A stretch of DNA of 64,000 nucleotides from Camelus dromedarius (lineage: Eukaryota). The stretch lies in contig NC_087436.1 in the NCBI RefSeq assembly GCF_036321535.1, positions 121,088,001 through 121,152,000 of the forward strand, read 5' to 3'. Shown here piece after piece: positions 40,044 to 50,759 of this stretch. The stretch's first letter is position 1, and each line of letters opens with the position of its first letter. A program made the position numbers and the translations under genes. The notes beneath the pieces were generated by a model, which was not told the DNA's origin, did no database searches, and saw only the letters and a list, made by a program, of their open reading frames with translations.

Positions 40044-40253
40044 CAGTTGACCCTTGAACGTACGGGGCTTAGGGGTGCTGACCCTCCACGCGGTTGAAAA
40101 TTTGAGTGTGACTTAGTCTGCCCTCTGTGTCCATGGTTCTGCACCTGCAGATTCAGCCACTTGCCGAGCATGTGCACTGCCTTGTTCTTTGAAAATATCC
40201 TCACACAAGCGCATGGATGCACGCGGTTCAAACCCATGTTGCAGGGTCATCTG
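40044..40253. mobile_element. Tigger2-derived (MER8/MER28-like) non-autonomous DNA transposon
   Basis: TIRs CAGTTGACCCTTG ... CAGGGTCATCTG, right flank TA. Confidence 0.8.
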
Positions 40254-40489
40254 TAATTTAGTTTGATCCCACGGGCAGGTTCCATGACTCAGAAAGGCGT
40301 GGTCGCCTGGTTGGGGGTGCCGGCCAGGTGGGGATTCAGGCTTCATTCTCCTTTGCCCACCAGCTCCTGTCCAGGACGTGCTGTCTGGACCACACTGAGT
40401 GGGGGCAAGAACTGGGGTTCTCCCTCCCCTGGACGTGGACGGTGAGCATGGCCGACCGGGGTGTTCACCCGAGGCCACTGTGCTTTCAG

Positions 40490-40610
40490 GCGAAGACCTC
40501 TGGGAAGTTCTCCAGCGAAAATCTGGACAGGCTGTGGCGGGAGTTCCAGCATTACCAGGACAAAGTCCATGAGTACAACGTCCTGCTGGAGACCCTGAGC
40601 GGGACAGAAG
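40490..40610 (+). CDS. LRPAP1: LRPAP1 exon 4
   Basis: Acceptor tgctttcag; AKTSGKFSSENLDRLWREFQHYQDKVHEYNVLLETLSGTE; donor GTGTGT; phase 0-1. Confidence 0.95.
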
Positions 40611-40768
40611 GTGTGTGAGGCCCCGGGCCCCCGTGTGGGCAGCCCTGGCTCCAGAATGTTCCAGAATGGAGCTGGCCACTGCCCTGTGAGATCTAGACAA
40701 GGCTCCATGGAGCTGCCGTCCCAGGCCCAGGCTCTCATGCGTGGGTGCCCTGCTTCCGGTTCCCACAG

Positions 40769-40927
40769 AAGTTCACGAAAACGTCGTCAGTCCTGCCGAC
40801 ATGACCCGCGTCAAGGAGGAGGTGCTGCAGAGCAGACACGCCGAGCTGAAGGACAAGCTGCGGGACGTGAGCCAGGGCTTCGAGCGCCTGCGGAAAGTCA
40901 GCCACCAGGGCTACGGCGCCCAGGCCG
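40769..40927 (+). CDS. LRPAP1: LRPAP1 exon 5
   Basis: Acceptor ttcccacag; (E)VHENVVSPADMTRVKEEVLQSRHAELKDKLRDVSQGFERLRKVSHQGYGAQA; donor GTGAGC; phase 1-1. Confidence 0.95.
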
Positions 40928-41779
40928 GTGAGCTCGCGGCCGTCCCCCACGTGCCCTCTCCCCTGCTCCTGCAGGCGCACCTGGTGGGGGAACGGGGCCA
41001 CCTCGAGGGCCACTCTGGGAAGCCATTGAGCTACTGCGGAGCAACGACTCCGAGGCCCCGGCCATGCAGAGAAGCAGGGGGCACTTCTGACCTCCACCCA
41101 GCCCCTTCCAGGGCTGCGTCCAGCCTGCTGCTCGGTTTCTCCTGCTAGTCTGAGTCCTTCCAGCAATGCCCTGCGGCCCTGGGCAGCAGGAGGGGGTCCC
41201 CCGAGGGAGGAGGTGGAGCAGCTGGTGAGATCAGTGCTGGGCAGGCAGCCAGGGCCACTTGTGCCCAGCCTCCTCCAGAAGGTGGGTGAGAGGCCGGCAC
41301 CCTCACCGCGTCGGCTTGTGAGCACTGGCCGAGGGTAAGGGGTCCCTTCCATCTGGTTTGCTTCACTTCAGAGCTAGCGGGATGGGCAGTGGCCTGAGCC
41401 TTAGCCTGGAACTGCAGGTGGGGGCACCCACAATCTTGACTCCCACAACCCCTTCCCCCTCGTACCCCCCAGCTCCCCCCCCCCCCGCTCACTTGTGGGA
41501 CTCCTGCACCCTAGGGCGCAGCGGATTGACCGAGGGGCAGGTGGGGGCATCACCAAGGCCCCATTCCGCTGGGTCCCGTACACTGCAGACTGAATGCATG
41601 TGGGGAGTACCCGGTCTGCTTCCAGAAGAAACCAAATACACACCTGCACATCAACACTGTGTGTGCACACACAGTCACGCACATGTACGCTTAGACACAC
41701 ATGCTCTGTGCACTCGGGCGCGTGTGGCCCTGGGTGTCCCCGGTGCCGTGTGTGTCACTGACCTGCCTGTGCTCTGCAG

Positions 41780-41862
41780 AGTTCGAGGAGCCACGGGTGA
41801 TGGACCTCTGGGACCTGGCCAGGGCGGCCAACTTCTCTGAGAAGGAGCTGGAGTCCTTCCGG
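41780..41862 (+). CDS. LRPAP1: LRPAP1 exon 6
   Basis: Acceptor gctctgcag; (E)FEEPRVMDLWDLARAANFSEKELESFR including an N-glycosylation sequon NFS; donor GTAAGG; phase 1-0. Confidence 0.95.
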
Positions 41863-43233
41863 GTAAGGAGGCGCCAGGCGATGGCATCTCAGTGACAGTA
41901 TTTGGCAGCCTCTCCTGGTGAACTTTCTGGGGACGTGGCGGAGGGTTTCTTCCTCAGTCCTCGCAGATCAGTGTTTTCCCAGGGGCTTTCCCCTTGACCC
42001 CTGCGTCCCTCCACTGTCCTGGTTGGTGGCCCATGTGGGACAAAGCTGGCCTCCAGTGAGTGGACAGTGTGGGGTGCAGGATTTTATGGAACAAGCAGGT
42101 GGACAAGGATTTGGAAGAGGAACCGTTAGGACCCTGCAGGGGGCCCCGGGGCTGGGCCTGGAGGAAGGAAGGGTCTTGGGGCACCTGGGCATCGCTTTCC
42201 CGTGGGTCCTGTTGTGACAGAGGCAGCACAGGTCAGCATGTCGGGGATCGGGGGAGTGGGCTCCGCATGGGGCCTGTGGAGTTGAAGCCCCTTGAGTTGT
42301 TCAGGAGGCAACTGGTGTGGGCCTGCAGGTGCCCGGGGCAGGGAGCGGGGCGGTCTTAGGGGGAGGGTAGGAGGCCCTGGAGGCCCAGCAGGGGTCTCTG
42401 GAGTGGTGTGCCCATGGTTGCCAGGGAGTTGGCGGGAGGGTGGGAGGGAGCTGCCCTGTGTGGCCGCTGGGAGCAGGGAGGGACCTGAGGAGGGTGTCAG
42501 CTCCGTGAGACACGTTAGGTCAGCCAGCATGTGTCCAGGGTAGGTCCCAAGTGGGCATCCATCCTGAGCCCTCACAGAGTTCAGGCCATTCAGAGGGCCC
42601 ACACTGTGGGCTCGCGGGCCTGGGCAGAACACGGAGCCCCACACTGAGGCCCAGGGCAGTGACAGCCCACCTCAAGGCTGCAGTGGGATTGGAGGTGGGA
42701 TGTGTCACCCAGGAGCGCGGGGCGGGCAGGAGGGCAGTCATGTTGTCCCTTCTGCTCCTGACGGACAGGAGGCTGTAGGGTGGAAGGGGGCGGGGGGGCA
42801 GTGCGCAGGGGGCTGGGTAAAACTCAAGCCCACGTTTCAGGCTGGAAACGGGGTCCAGGCTAGAGAGAACCAGATACCTGGCAGGTGCCGTTCACAGAGG
42901 TGTGGGTTCAGAGGTCGTCGGGGGCGGGCTGGGTCTCTGACAGGGAAGCACCGCTCGCGGTTCCCACGCGTGCTGCTCCCCGAGTGCGTGGCGGCCGGGG
43001 CAGCAGAGCCCGCTGCCCCCGCTCGGCCCCCGGAGCTGTCCCCGGCGGGCCGCACGTTGAGCTGGGATGGTGTGGGGGGCTGCTGCTGTCCTGTGCTGAG
43101 CCCTGTTCCCCAGTGGGACCAAGCGTGTAGTCTGCCCTCGGTGTTCTGAAACAGACGTCAAATTTGATCAGGGACCCTGAAATGGGAGTTAGAGCATGTC
43201 GGGGGACATTCAGTTGTTTCACTGTTTTTCTAG

Positions 43234-43410
43234 GAAGAACTTAAGCACTTTGAAGCCAAGATTGAAAAGCACAACCACTATCAGAAGCAGCTGGAAATTT
43301 CCCATCAGAAGCTGAAGCACGTGGAGAGCTTCGGTGACCCGGAGCACATCAGCCAGAACAAGGAGAGGTACGCCCTGCTGGAGGAGAAGACCAAGCAGCT
43401 GGGCTACAAG
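43234..43410 (+). CDS. LRPAP1: LRPAP1 exon 7 (His-rich D3 domain)
   Basis: Acceptor tgtttttctag; EELKHFEAKIEKHNHYQKQLEISHQKLKHVESFGDPEHISQNKERYALLEEKTKQLGYK; donor GTGCGT; phase 0-0. Confidence 0.95.
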
Positions 43411-44699
43411 GTGCGTGCGCGCCGGCCGGCCTCCCAGGGGGCGGGCCTGCCACGGTTTCGTCCTCGCCAGGCTGCCGGCCCCTAGCCCCCTGACCCCGTG
43501 TGTGCGCCTGGCCACTCCTCCCTGAGCCTTGGTTCCTTTCTGCAGACGGAAGGCGATCGTCCCAGCGTCATGGATCTTGGTGGGGGCTTCAGGCATACAG
43601 CCACACACCTGCTTCCACAAGGGGGCTGCACAGCCCTGAAGGGGGTTGGGGCTAGGCCATCACTCTGGGGCACTGGGGAACAGGGGCTCCCCACCCCCCA
43701 CCCCCAGCCACCTCTGGGCCTGTTCAGGGCCAGGACACCTGTCTGCACTCGTGCTCTCAGCTGGGTGACCAGGCAAGAGGTGTGGGCAGTGGGGGCAGGC
43801 TGGCCTGGAGCGGGGCTCTTCCAGCCACACAACTGGCATCCTGGCCCTGGAATGTGCAGCCAGGCACTGGTTCTGAGTGTCCTTAGCTCCTGCCAGCTGC
43901 CTGAGGTGCCTTTGGAGCCTCCGTAGGGCATGCAGGTGGCAGTGGTTTCCCAAGAACTCAGTCTAGGGCTCGTGGACACCACACCTGGTTCCATAGGAAG
44001 CAGGGACCATCTCAGGGCAGCAACAGTTGGCCCAAGCGGGGTCACTCCTCGTGCATGGCTCAGCAGGGCTCATGTCTGCCCCAGATGGGGACGTCAGCTC
44101 CACTGTGGGGTGACGCTGGCACCCCAGGCAATGCACAGAGGTGTAGGACAGCCTAGACTGGAGCACCCCTCACAGGGGAGGTTGGGGGCGCCTGACCTGG
44201 CAGGGCTGTGGGAAATAGCCACTGCCTACCCTACCACAGTCATTCGTGGTGAACCCACGAATCGGGGCAAGTTCCAGGCATTAAGGCGTGAGGGGGCCCA
44301 TCTGCGGATGGGCCTCTGGTTGAGATTCAGTGAGGACAGGAGGCAGCAGGCAGTGTGGACACTGGTACCAGCACAGGACGCTGCTGCAAGTGCACAGGGA
44401 GCTCTGAAAACAGGAGCTGGGCTGCACTACAGGGGCGCACTTCTTACGCAAGACTTAATCAAACTTTTAAACTAAAAGAAGGTAGAAGTAGCAAGAAGGA
44501 CGGGTGTGTGGATCTGCTCCTGCACTTGGCAGAGGGGAGTGGAGAGAAGCCAGGTAACCCGTGTTGAGACATGCAATCTAAAACTGACACCACGATACAA
44601 GAATCTGCAGGGGAAATCGCTGTGACAGGCAAGGATGCGGGTGGGCAGGTGCGCTGGCTTCCCTGACCAAGGAAGAAGACACGTCGGTTAAGAAGTGCG

Positions 44700-45780
44700 T
44701 GTGAGAAGCTCAGATGGCTTAAGTCTTCCACGTAAGACAAGACGCCAGAACCCTCCCAGAAGAGCGCGCAGGCAGAGCGTCCCTGACGCGAGCCCCAGCA
44801 GCGCTCTCCCGGGCCGGGCTGCCCGGGCGGCAGGCGGGAAAGCGAAACTAAGCAAGTGGGGCCTGAACTGAATTTACAAGCTTTTGCAGAACAAAGGACA
44901 CCATAAAAAAAGACAAGACAAGACAACCTACAGAATGGGAGAAAATATTTGTAAATGATGTGACTGACAAGGGAGCTAATCATCAGAGAAATGCAAATCA
45001 AAACTACAATGAGGTGTCACCTCACACTGGTCAGAGTGGCCATCATGAGAAAGGCCACAAATGATAAATGCTGGAGAGGCTGTGGAGAAAAGGGAGCCCT
45101 CCTGCACTGCTGGTGGGAATGCAGTTTGGTGCAGCCACTGCGGAAAACATGGAGATTCCTCAAAACACTAAAAACAGACTTACCACATGACCCAGCTGTC
45201 CCACTCCTGGGTACATATCTGGAGGGACCTCTAATGCGACAAGACACGCGCATCCCACTGTTCACAGCAGCACTGTTCACGATAGTCGGCGTGGAAGCAC
45301 AAAGTGTCCATTAGCAGAGGGCTGGATGAAGAAGCTCTGGTACATTTATATGATGGAGTACTATTCAGCCACAAAAAAGAATAAAATAACGCCATTTGCA
45401 GCAGCATGGATGGACCTGAGATTATCATACTAAATGAGCTAAGCCAGAAAGAGAAAGAAAAACACCATATGGTATCACTTACATGCGGAATCTAATTTTT
45501 AAAAAGGACACAAATGAACTTATTTACAAAACAGAGATAGACTCACATAGAAAACAAACTTACAGTTACCAGAGAGGAAAGAGTGAGGAGGAATGAATTA
45601 GGATTTGGGATTAGCAGATACAAACGTCTCTATGTAAAACAGACAGCGAAGTCCTGCAGTACAGCATGGGGAACTCCTCATGACGGCCTGTACTGAACAG
45701 GAACGTGTATGCATGTAACTGACTCACTGCCGTGCAGCAGAAACACAACATTGTAAACCGACTAGACTCCAATTAGAAAA
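44700..45780 (+). mobile_element. L1 ORF2 3' end plus 3' UTR in intron 7, with internal deletion near 44990
   Basis: [50 protein letters not shown] (ORF2 Cys-rich domain); 3' UTR homologous to 21402-21946. Confidence 0.9.
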
Positions 45781-45999
45781 GTGTGTGTGGAAGGGACTGG
45801 CGCTCCATGAGGAGTGAGGTGGCGGGGGGGCAGCCCCGGGGAGGCTCTGGCTGAGAGCACCCCGGCTTCCCGCCCAGCCTGTGCTCCTGGGTGCGGCCAG
45901 CAGGGCTCCAGGAGGGCTCGGGGAAGGCCTCAGGCAGAGCGGGAGCCGCAGGCAAGTTGGCGTCTTTTGCTGCTTTTGAAATGACACAGGCACGGTAGT

Positions 46000-48690
46000 C
46001 AGCCCACCACGGCAGAAGGGCCCCTGCAGCCCATGTAGGGGACATCCCCAGAGTGCGAAGCTCTGGTGACTGGACGGGACCATGCTGCTGGCTTCCCTGA
46101 GGGATGCCTGCTACGTTAAGACCACTTCCCTGAGATCGGGAAACAGCCGACCCGGCTCGTGCACAGAAATAAACACAGAACTAGGCACTGGAGACAGGAA
46201 CGTGTTCCAAACAAACGAGATAAAACCCCAGAAGGACGCGGCAGAGGCGGGGTGGGCAGCCTGCCTGCTGTGGAGGTCGAGCTGGCGTCACAGCGATGCT
46301 CAGTGAGCTCAGGGCAGGGGTGGGCGGTCAGTGAGGAGTGCACCGGCTGGAAGATGCATGCGGACACCAGCAGCAGAAGGACACAGTGACTGAACTGCAG
46401 GACGTGCTGCAAGGAGTCAGCAGTGCGCTAGGGGACACAGGAGCGGAAGCGAGGCGTGGCACTCACTCAGGCTGAACAGAAAAGGGAGACTGCTCGTGAG
46501 GACAGTTTGAGGGACCTGGGGCAGCGTCAGGCCACTAACCTTCAAGGTGTAAGGGTCCCAGAAGGACGACGAGAGGAGCTATTTACCCAAAGAAGTAAGA
46601 GTTGAAAAGAGACCCAGGCCCGGGCAGCACAGAGCCCCACACGACGAACCCACAGCGGCCCATGCAGGGCACGCTGCAGCTACAGGGGCAGGAGTCAGAG
46701 ACACAGAATCCTACAAACAGCAAGAGAAAGGCAGCGCGTTACATACCAGGGAGTCCCCGTGAGGCTGTCAGCTACTTCTCAGCAGAGAGCTCTGCAGGCT
46801 GGGGTGGGGAAGGCGGTCAGAGCCATGAAAGGAAGCCGCCTACGACCACGAACACTGCCCTGGCGAGGCCCCGGTGGGCGTGCCAGGGACGGGCGGGCTG
46901 TCGCAGGGAAGCAGATGGACAGGAAGCGCTTCTGGCCTCCCAGGACATGATAGAGGGAGCCGTCTGTGCACGTGGAAAAGAGAACACCACAACTGAAAAT
47001 ACGAGAATCACAAAAGGAAAAACCTCACTGGGGAGGCAGGCACTCGGTGACGGTAGAGAGTGTTCACCTACCAACTAGGAGGAGCGCTGAAAGCCAGCAG
47101 TGGCAGGCGCTCAGCTTTTGGCTCGGAGGAGGCCAAGGTGCAGCTTCCTTCGGTCGTCCCAGATCCGGGTTCGTCTGACACCAGCCCCCTCCACCGTGCC
47201 GCCTAAGTTCAACCCTAGCAAGAGCAAAGTCGTGTACCTGAGGTGCACCAGTGGGGAAGTCGGTGCCACATCCACCTTGGCCACCAAGATCAGTCCCCCT
47301 GGATCTGCCTCCAAAACAGACTGTGTGATGACATCACCAAGGCAATTGGTGATTGAAAGGGTCTGAGGATTCCAGTGAAACTTACCATTCAAAACAGACC
47401 CAGATTGAGGTGGTGCCTTCTGCTGCCGCCCTGATCATCAGAGCCCTCAAAGAGCCCCCGAGACACAGAAGGAAGCAGAGAAGCACGAGGCACGATGGAA
47501 ACATCACTTCCGATGGGATTGTCAACAGTGCCCGACACACGAAAAAAGAGCAGGAATCCATAACAGGGAAGACAGTCACCAAAGCACAAGGGAAGAGAGC
47601 CAAGAACAGAACGAGCTACAAACCCACCAGGAAACAACTAACAGCGGCAGTAGGTGTGCGCGTGTCAGTAACCGGACGTACGCGGACTGAGGGCTGCAGC
47701 CGAAGGACACAGACTGGCGGAGCGACCGCAGCAACAAGGCCACACGCACGCCACCTGCAGGAGACTCGCTGCAGACCTGGAGACATGGCGCAGGGTGGGG
47801 AAAGGTGTTCCACGCAACTGAAGTCAAAACCAGGGCAGCAGTACTCATACCAGACAAAATAGACTTCAAAACAAAGACTAACAAGAGACAAGGCTGGACA
47901 TTGCCTAACGGGATCAACCCAGGAGGAGATAGAGCAGCTGTCAGCGTGAGCACACCCAACCTAGGAGCAAGTAAACGCGCATAGAAGGAGGCAGTGACCC
48001 AAGAACAGCGCAGGACCCCAGCCCCCCACTTACAGTGACGGACAGACCCCCAGGCAGAAAGTCCTCGAGGCACATTGACCAGATGAATGAACGTTCTAGA
48101 TGTTCATAGGACATTCCATCCAAAAGCAGAATGCACATTCAAGGGCATGGAACGTTCGCTGGGAGAGGCCACATGCTAGGCCACAGAGCAAGCCTTGGTA
48201 AATTTAGGAAAATTGAAGTCATATCAAGTGTCTTTTCCAATCGTAACACTATGAGGCTGGAAATAACTTCAAGGAAAAAAAACAAACGTGGAGGCTAAAC
48301 AGTTTACTACCAAACAATCAATGGATCACCAAAGAAATGAAAAATCAAAAAGTGCCTGGAGACAAAAACAAGACCACTTTCCCAAATCCAGGGACGCAGC
48401 AGAAGCAGCTCAGAGAAGGGAGTCTGTCATGATGCAGGCCCACCTCAGGAAACGCAAGTCTTGAATAAACAATCTAACCTTTCACTTAAAGGAACCAGCG
48501 AAAGAAAGGCAGACAAACCCAAAGTTAGTAGAAGGAAAGAAATCGTAAAGATCAGAGCAGAAATAAATGAAACCAAGACTGAAAAAATAGAAAAGATCAA
48601 CGAAACTGAGAGCTGATCCTTCAGAAAGGTGCACGGAATCAACGCGCCCTCAGCCAGTCTCGTCAGGAGGGACCCAGAGCTCAAGTCCGC
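46000..48690 (+). mobile_element. Older L1: ORF1 remnant, spacer (interrupted by RPL12 retrocopy) and ORF2 endonuclease remnant
   Basis: cagcaagagaaagg..gtgaggctgtcagctacttctcagcagag (ORF1 RLSADFSAE); ccacctgcaggagactc, tcataccagacaaaatagacttcaaaacaaagact, aaagatcagagcagaaataaatgaa (ORF2). Confidence 0.82.
47110..47541 (+). pseudogene. RPL12: Processed pseudogene of ribosomal protein L12 (5' UTR plus ~116 codons, 3'-truncated)
   Basis: Intronless; [32 protein letters not shown] ... [45 protein letters not shown]; start mutated to GTG at 47196, frameshifts and a TGA in place of Trp. Confidence 0.93.
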
Positions 48691-48929
48691 AGAGTCCGGG
48701 GTGGAAGGAGGGCGTGGGGGGCGGGAAGGCCTCCTCCGCCTGTGTCCACAGTGTTCTTCGGAGGCTGTTTCTGGTTCGTGAGCTGCTTCTGAGATTTACT
48801 CACAACAGGGTCTGTGTGGGAGGGGGATGGGAGAGTGAGCTAACCGGGCTCGGGAGTTCACTGCTGGGCCAGCGTCTCAGGCCGAGGTGAGCGGGTCTCC
48901 TGACTGCTTTGCCTGTGTCTTCTCTGCAG

Positions 48930-48992
48930 GTGAAGAAGCACCTGCAGGACCTGTCCAGCCGGGTCTCCAGAGCGCGCCACAACGAGCTCTGA
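48930..48992 (+). CDS. LRPAP1: LRPAP1 exon 8 coding part, ending in the HNEL ER-retrieval signal
   Basis: Acceptor tcttctctgcag; VKKHLQDLSSRVSRARHNEL-TGA. Confidence 0.96.
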   Translation: MKKHLQDLSSRVSRARHNEL

Positions 48993-49241
48993 GCCCCGGG
49001 AGCCTGGCCGCAGGACTCCTGAAGACAGCCAGCAGGGGACGGGGCCACAAGGGTCCCGAGCGAGAAGAGGAGCTGCGTGACCCCCCACCTCCCCCTGGCC
49101 GGCACGGCCCCGCCCACAACACCGCTGGCAGTCACCTCTGTCAGGAACGCCGATTTCCAGCTGCCCATGCTGCAGGGTCACAGTTTGCATCAAAATCTTA
49201 TCAGTCTGCTGCTGGAAATACTGTGTACAGAAGTCCTCAGA

Positions 49242-49247
49242 AATACA
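49242..49247 (+). terminator. Candidate variant poly(A) signal (AATACA) for LRPAP1
   Basis: AATACA ~250 nt after the stop, followed by GU-rich ttgttggtgtc...gtttcgctgtctg; I saw no AATAAA until ~51685, inside an L1. Confidence 0.35.
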
Positions 49248-50389
49248 CTGCAGTGTTTAAGCCCCGAGCTTGTTGGTGTCACTGGTTCCGGTTTCGCTGT
49301 CTGCTGGGCTGGTGACTTCAGTCACAGGTGTGGGCGCCCGAGGCCCCTCTTCCGCCGCCCCCTCCCCCAGCTTCTCTGTGGCACGAGACGGAGGAAGGGG
49401 CCATGGACTTGGCTCAGCCTCCCTGGTCAGGCGGCGGCGAAGGCAGGGTGGGGACGCGGCGTCGTGGCCTCCGAGCCGAGCCCTCGTGGGGCTGCCTTTC
49501 TCCTCCTGACCCCGCAGGACGGGCTCGGGAGCAGCCTGCAGGGCTCCATCCAGCGGAAGTGCCTGGTTCTCGCTGCAGGAGGGCTCGGGCCCGAGTCAGG
49601 GACGAGTCCGCAGCACGCCTGGGCCCTGGAGGCTCCGCTGGGCGCTGCCTTCCTGCGTTGGCCTCATCAGATCTCAGCACCAGCACTGGGATCCGCCGAG
49701 CACGAGTTTCCTGTTGCCGTTACAAGAAGAGCCAAGGCCAAGGACACCGTGGCGGGACTGTGCAGGGCGTTGCGAGCACAAGCGGGGAGGCAGCCCCACG
49801 GCAGGCAGCTCGGGTGCAGCCCCGCTCCTCCCTGGGTCGTGGGCCTTCACGTCCTGTCTGCCAGCAGCCAGACCAGCTGCCGTGGGCAGGACTGGGGCGA
49901 CTGCACGGAGACGCGTGTGCGAGGCTCAGGGCAGAGCTGCTCTTGAAGGGCTGAGAGCCCCCGTGTGCCTGCAGGGCCCAGCCCTCATGGTTCACAGCAG
50001 GGGCGCTGCCAGGCCTGGGGAGGCTGGCACGGGACGTGGAGGCCGGCAGAGAAGGAGCCTCAACCAGTCCGGCCTCTGAGGAGCTGACAGCCCAGAGAAC
50101 TGGCCTTCAGACCGGAGCAAGAGAGAGGGACGGGCCTTCACTGTCGCTCGCCGCCTCCAGCCCTGGGGGAGATGGGTGAGGAGGGAACCCCCCCCCCCCC
50201 AGTCAGGGGCAGTGGCTGCACTGTTTGTAGCTTTTAAATGATCCCTTTGAAGTAAAACGTACGTTCGTTAAAGGGCACAAGACATACGCCTGGGGCTCAG
50301 GGAGATGTCCCATGCCAGCACAGTGGGCCCACCCAGCCCAGGAAGCGCAGGGAACCAGCGGCCCTGGGCCCTCCTTTCTCCTGGAGCCA

Positions 50390-50680
50390 ACCACTGGCTT
50401 GTGTTCCCCAAATCCGTGGGTTGGAACCTAATCCCCAAGGTGACGATGCCTGGAGGTGGGGCCTTCGGGAGGTCATGAGGTTGGGGTCCTCACAAGTGAA
50501 ATCAGCGCCCTTACAAGATGACCCCAGAGCTCCCTCACCCCTGCCACTGTGCAGACTGCCCCCCAGCGCCCAACCTCCCACGCTGTGGCCACAGACGTCC
50601 GCCCCCCGGGACTGGGAAAGTGAACCTGTGTTGCTTCATTCCTGTCTGTGGTGGTCCGTTACAGGGGACTAGGAGACCGC
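50390..50680 (+). mobile_element. MaLR (MLT1A-like) solo LTR
   Basis: gtgttccccaaatcc..gttggaacctaatccccaaggtgacg..ggaggtggggccttcgggaggtcatgagg. Confidence 0.7.
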
Positions 50681-50759
50681 CCTTCAAGGTCGGGTCTCCC
50701 TGTTTGACCTTCACAGATGTGAAAGTGTGCTAGGGGGCGGTCTGTGTTTGTGTTGTCCA

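Larger units (their letters stand above)
27953..48992 (+). other. LRPAP1: LRPAP1 gene, coding span (8 exons, 1092-nt CDS, 363 aa): LDL receptor-related protein-associated protein 1 (RAP), ER chaperone for the LDLR family
   Basis: Eight exons with GT-AG boundaries and compatible phases (219+145+125+121+159+83+177+63 nt) splice to a recognisable RAP protein: signal peptide, GGKYSREKN, EFRMEKLSQLWEKAQR, ELHADLKIQERDE, EFEEPRVMDLWDLA, KHFEAKIEKHNHYQKQLE, C-terminal HNEL. Confidence 0.97.

Noticed and set aside
44991..45314. 107-aa Cys-rich ORF as a gene
   Set aside because: L1 ORF2 C-terminal remnant
49077..49946. 289-aa ORF after the LRPAP1 stop
   Set aside because: Non-ATG start, GC-rich 3' UTR/flank, no recognisable motif
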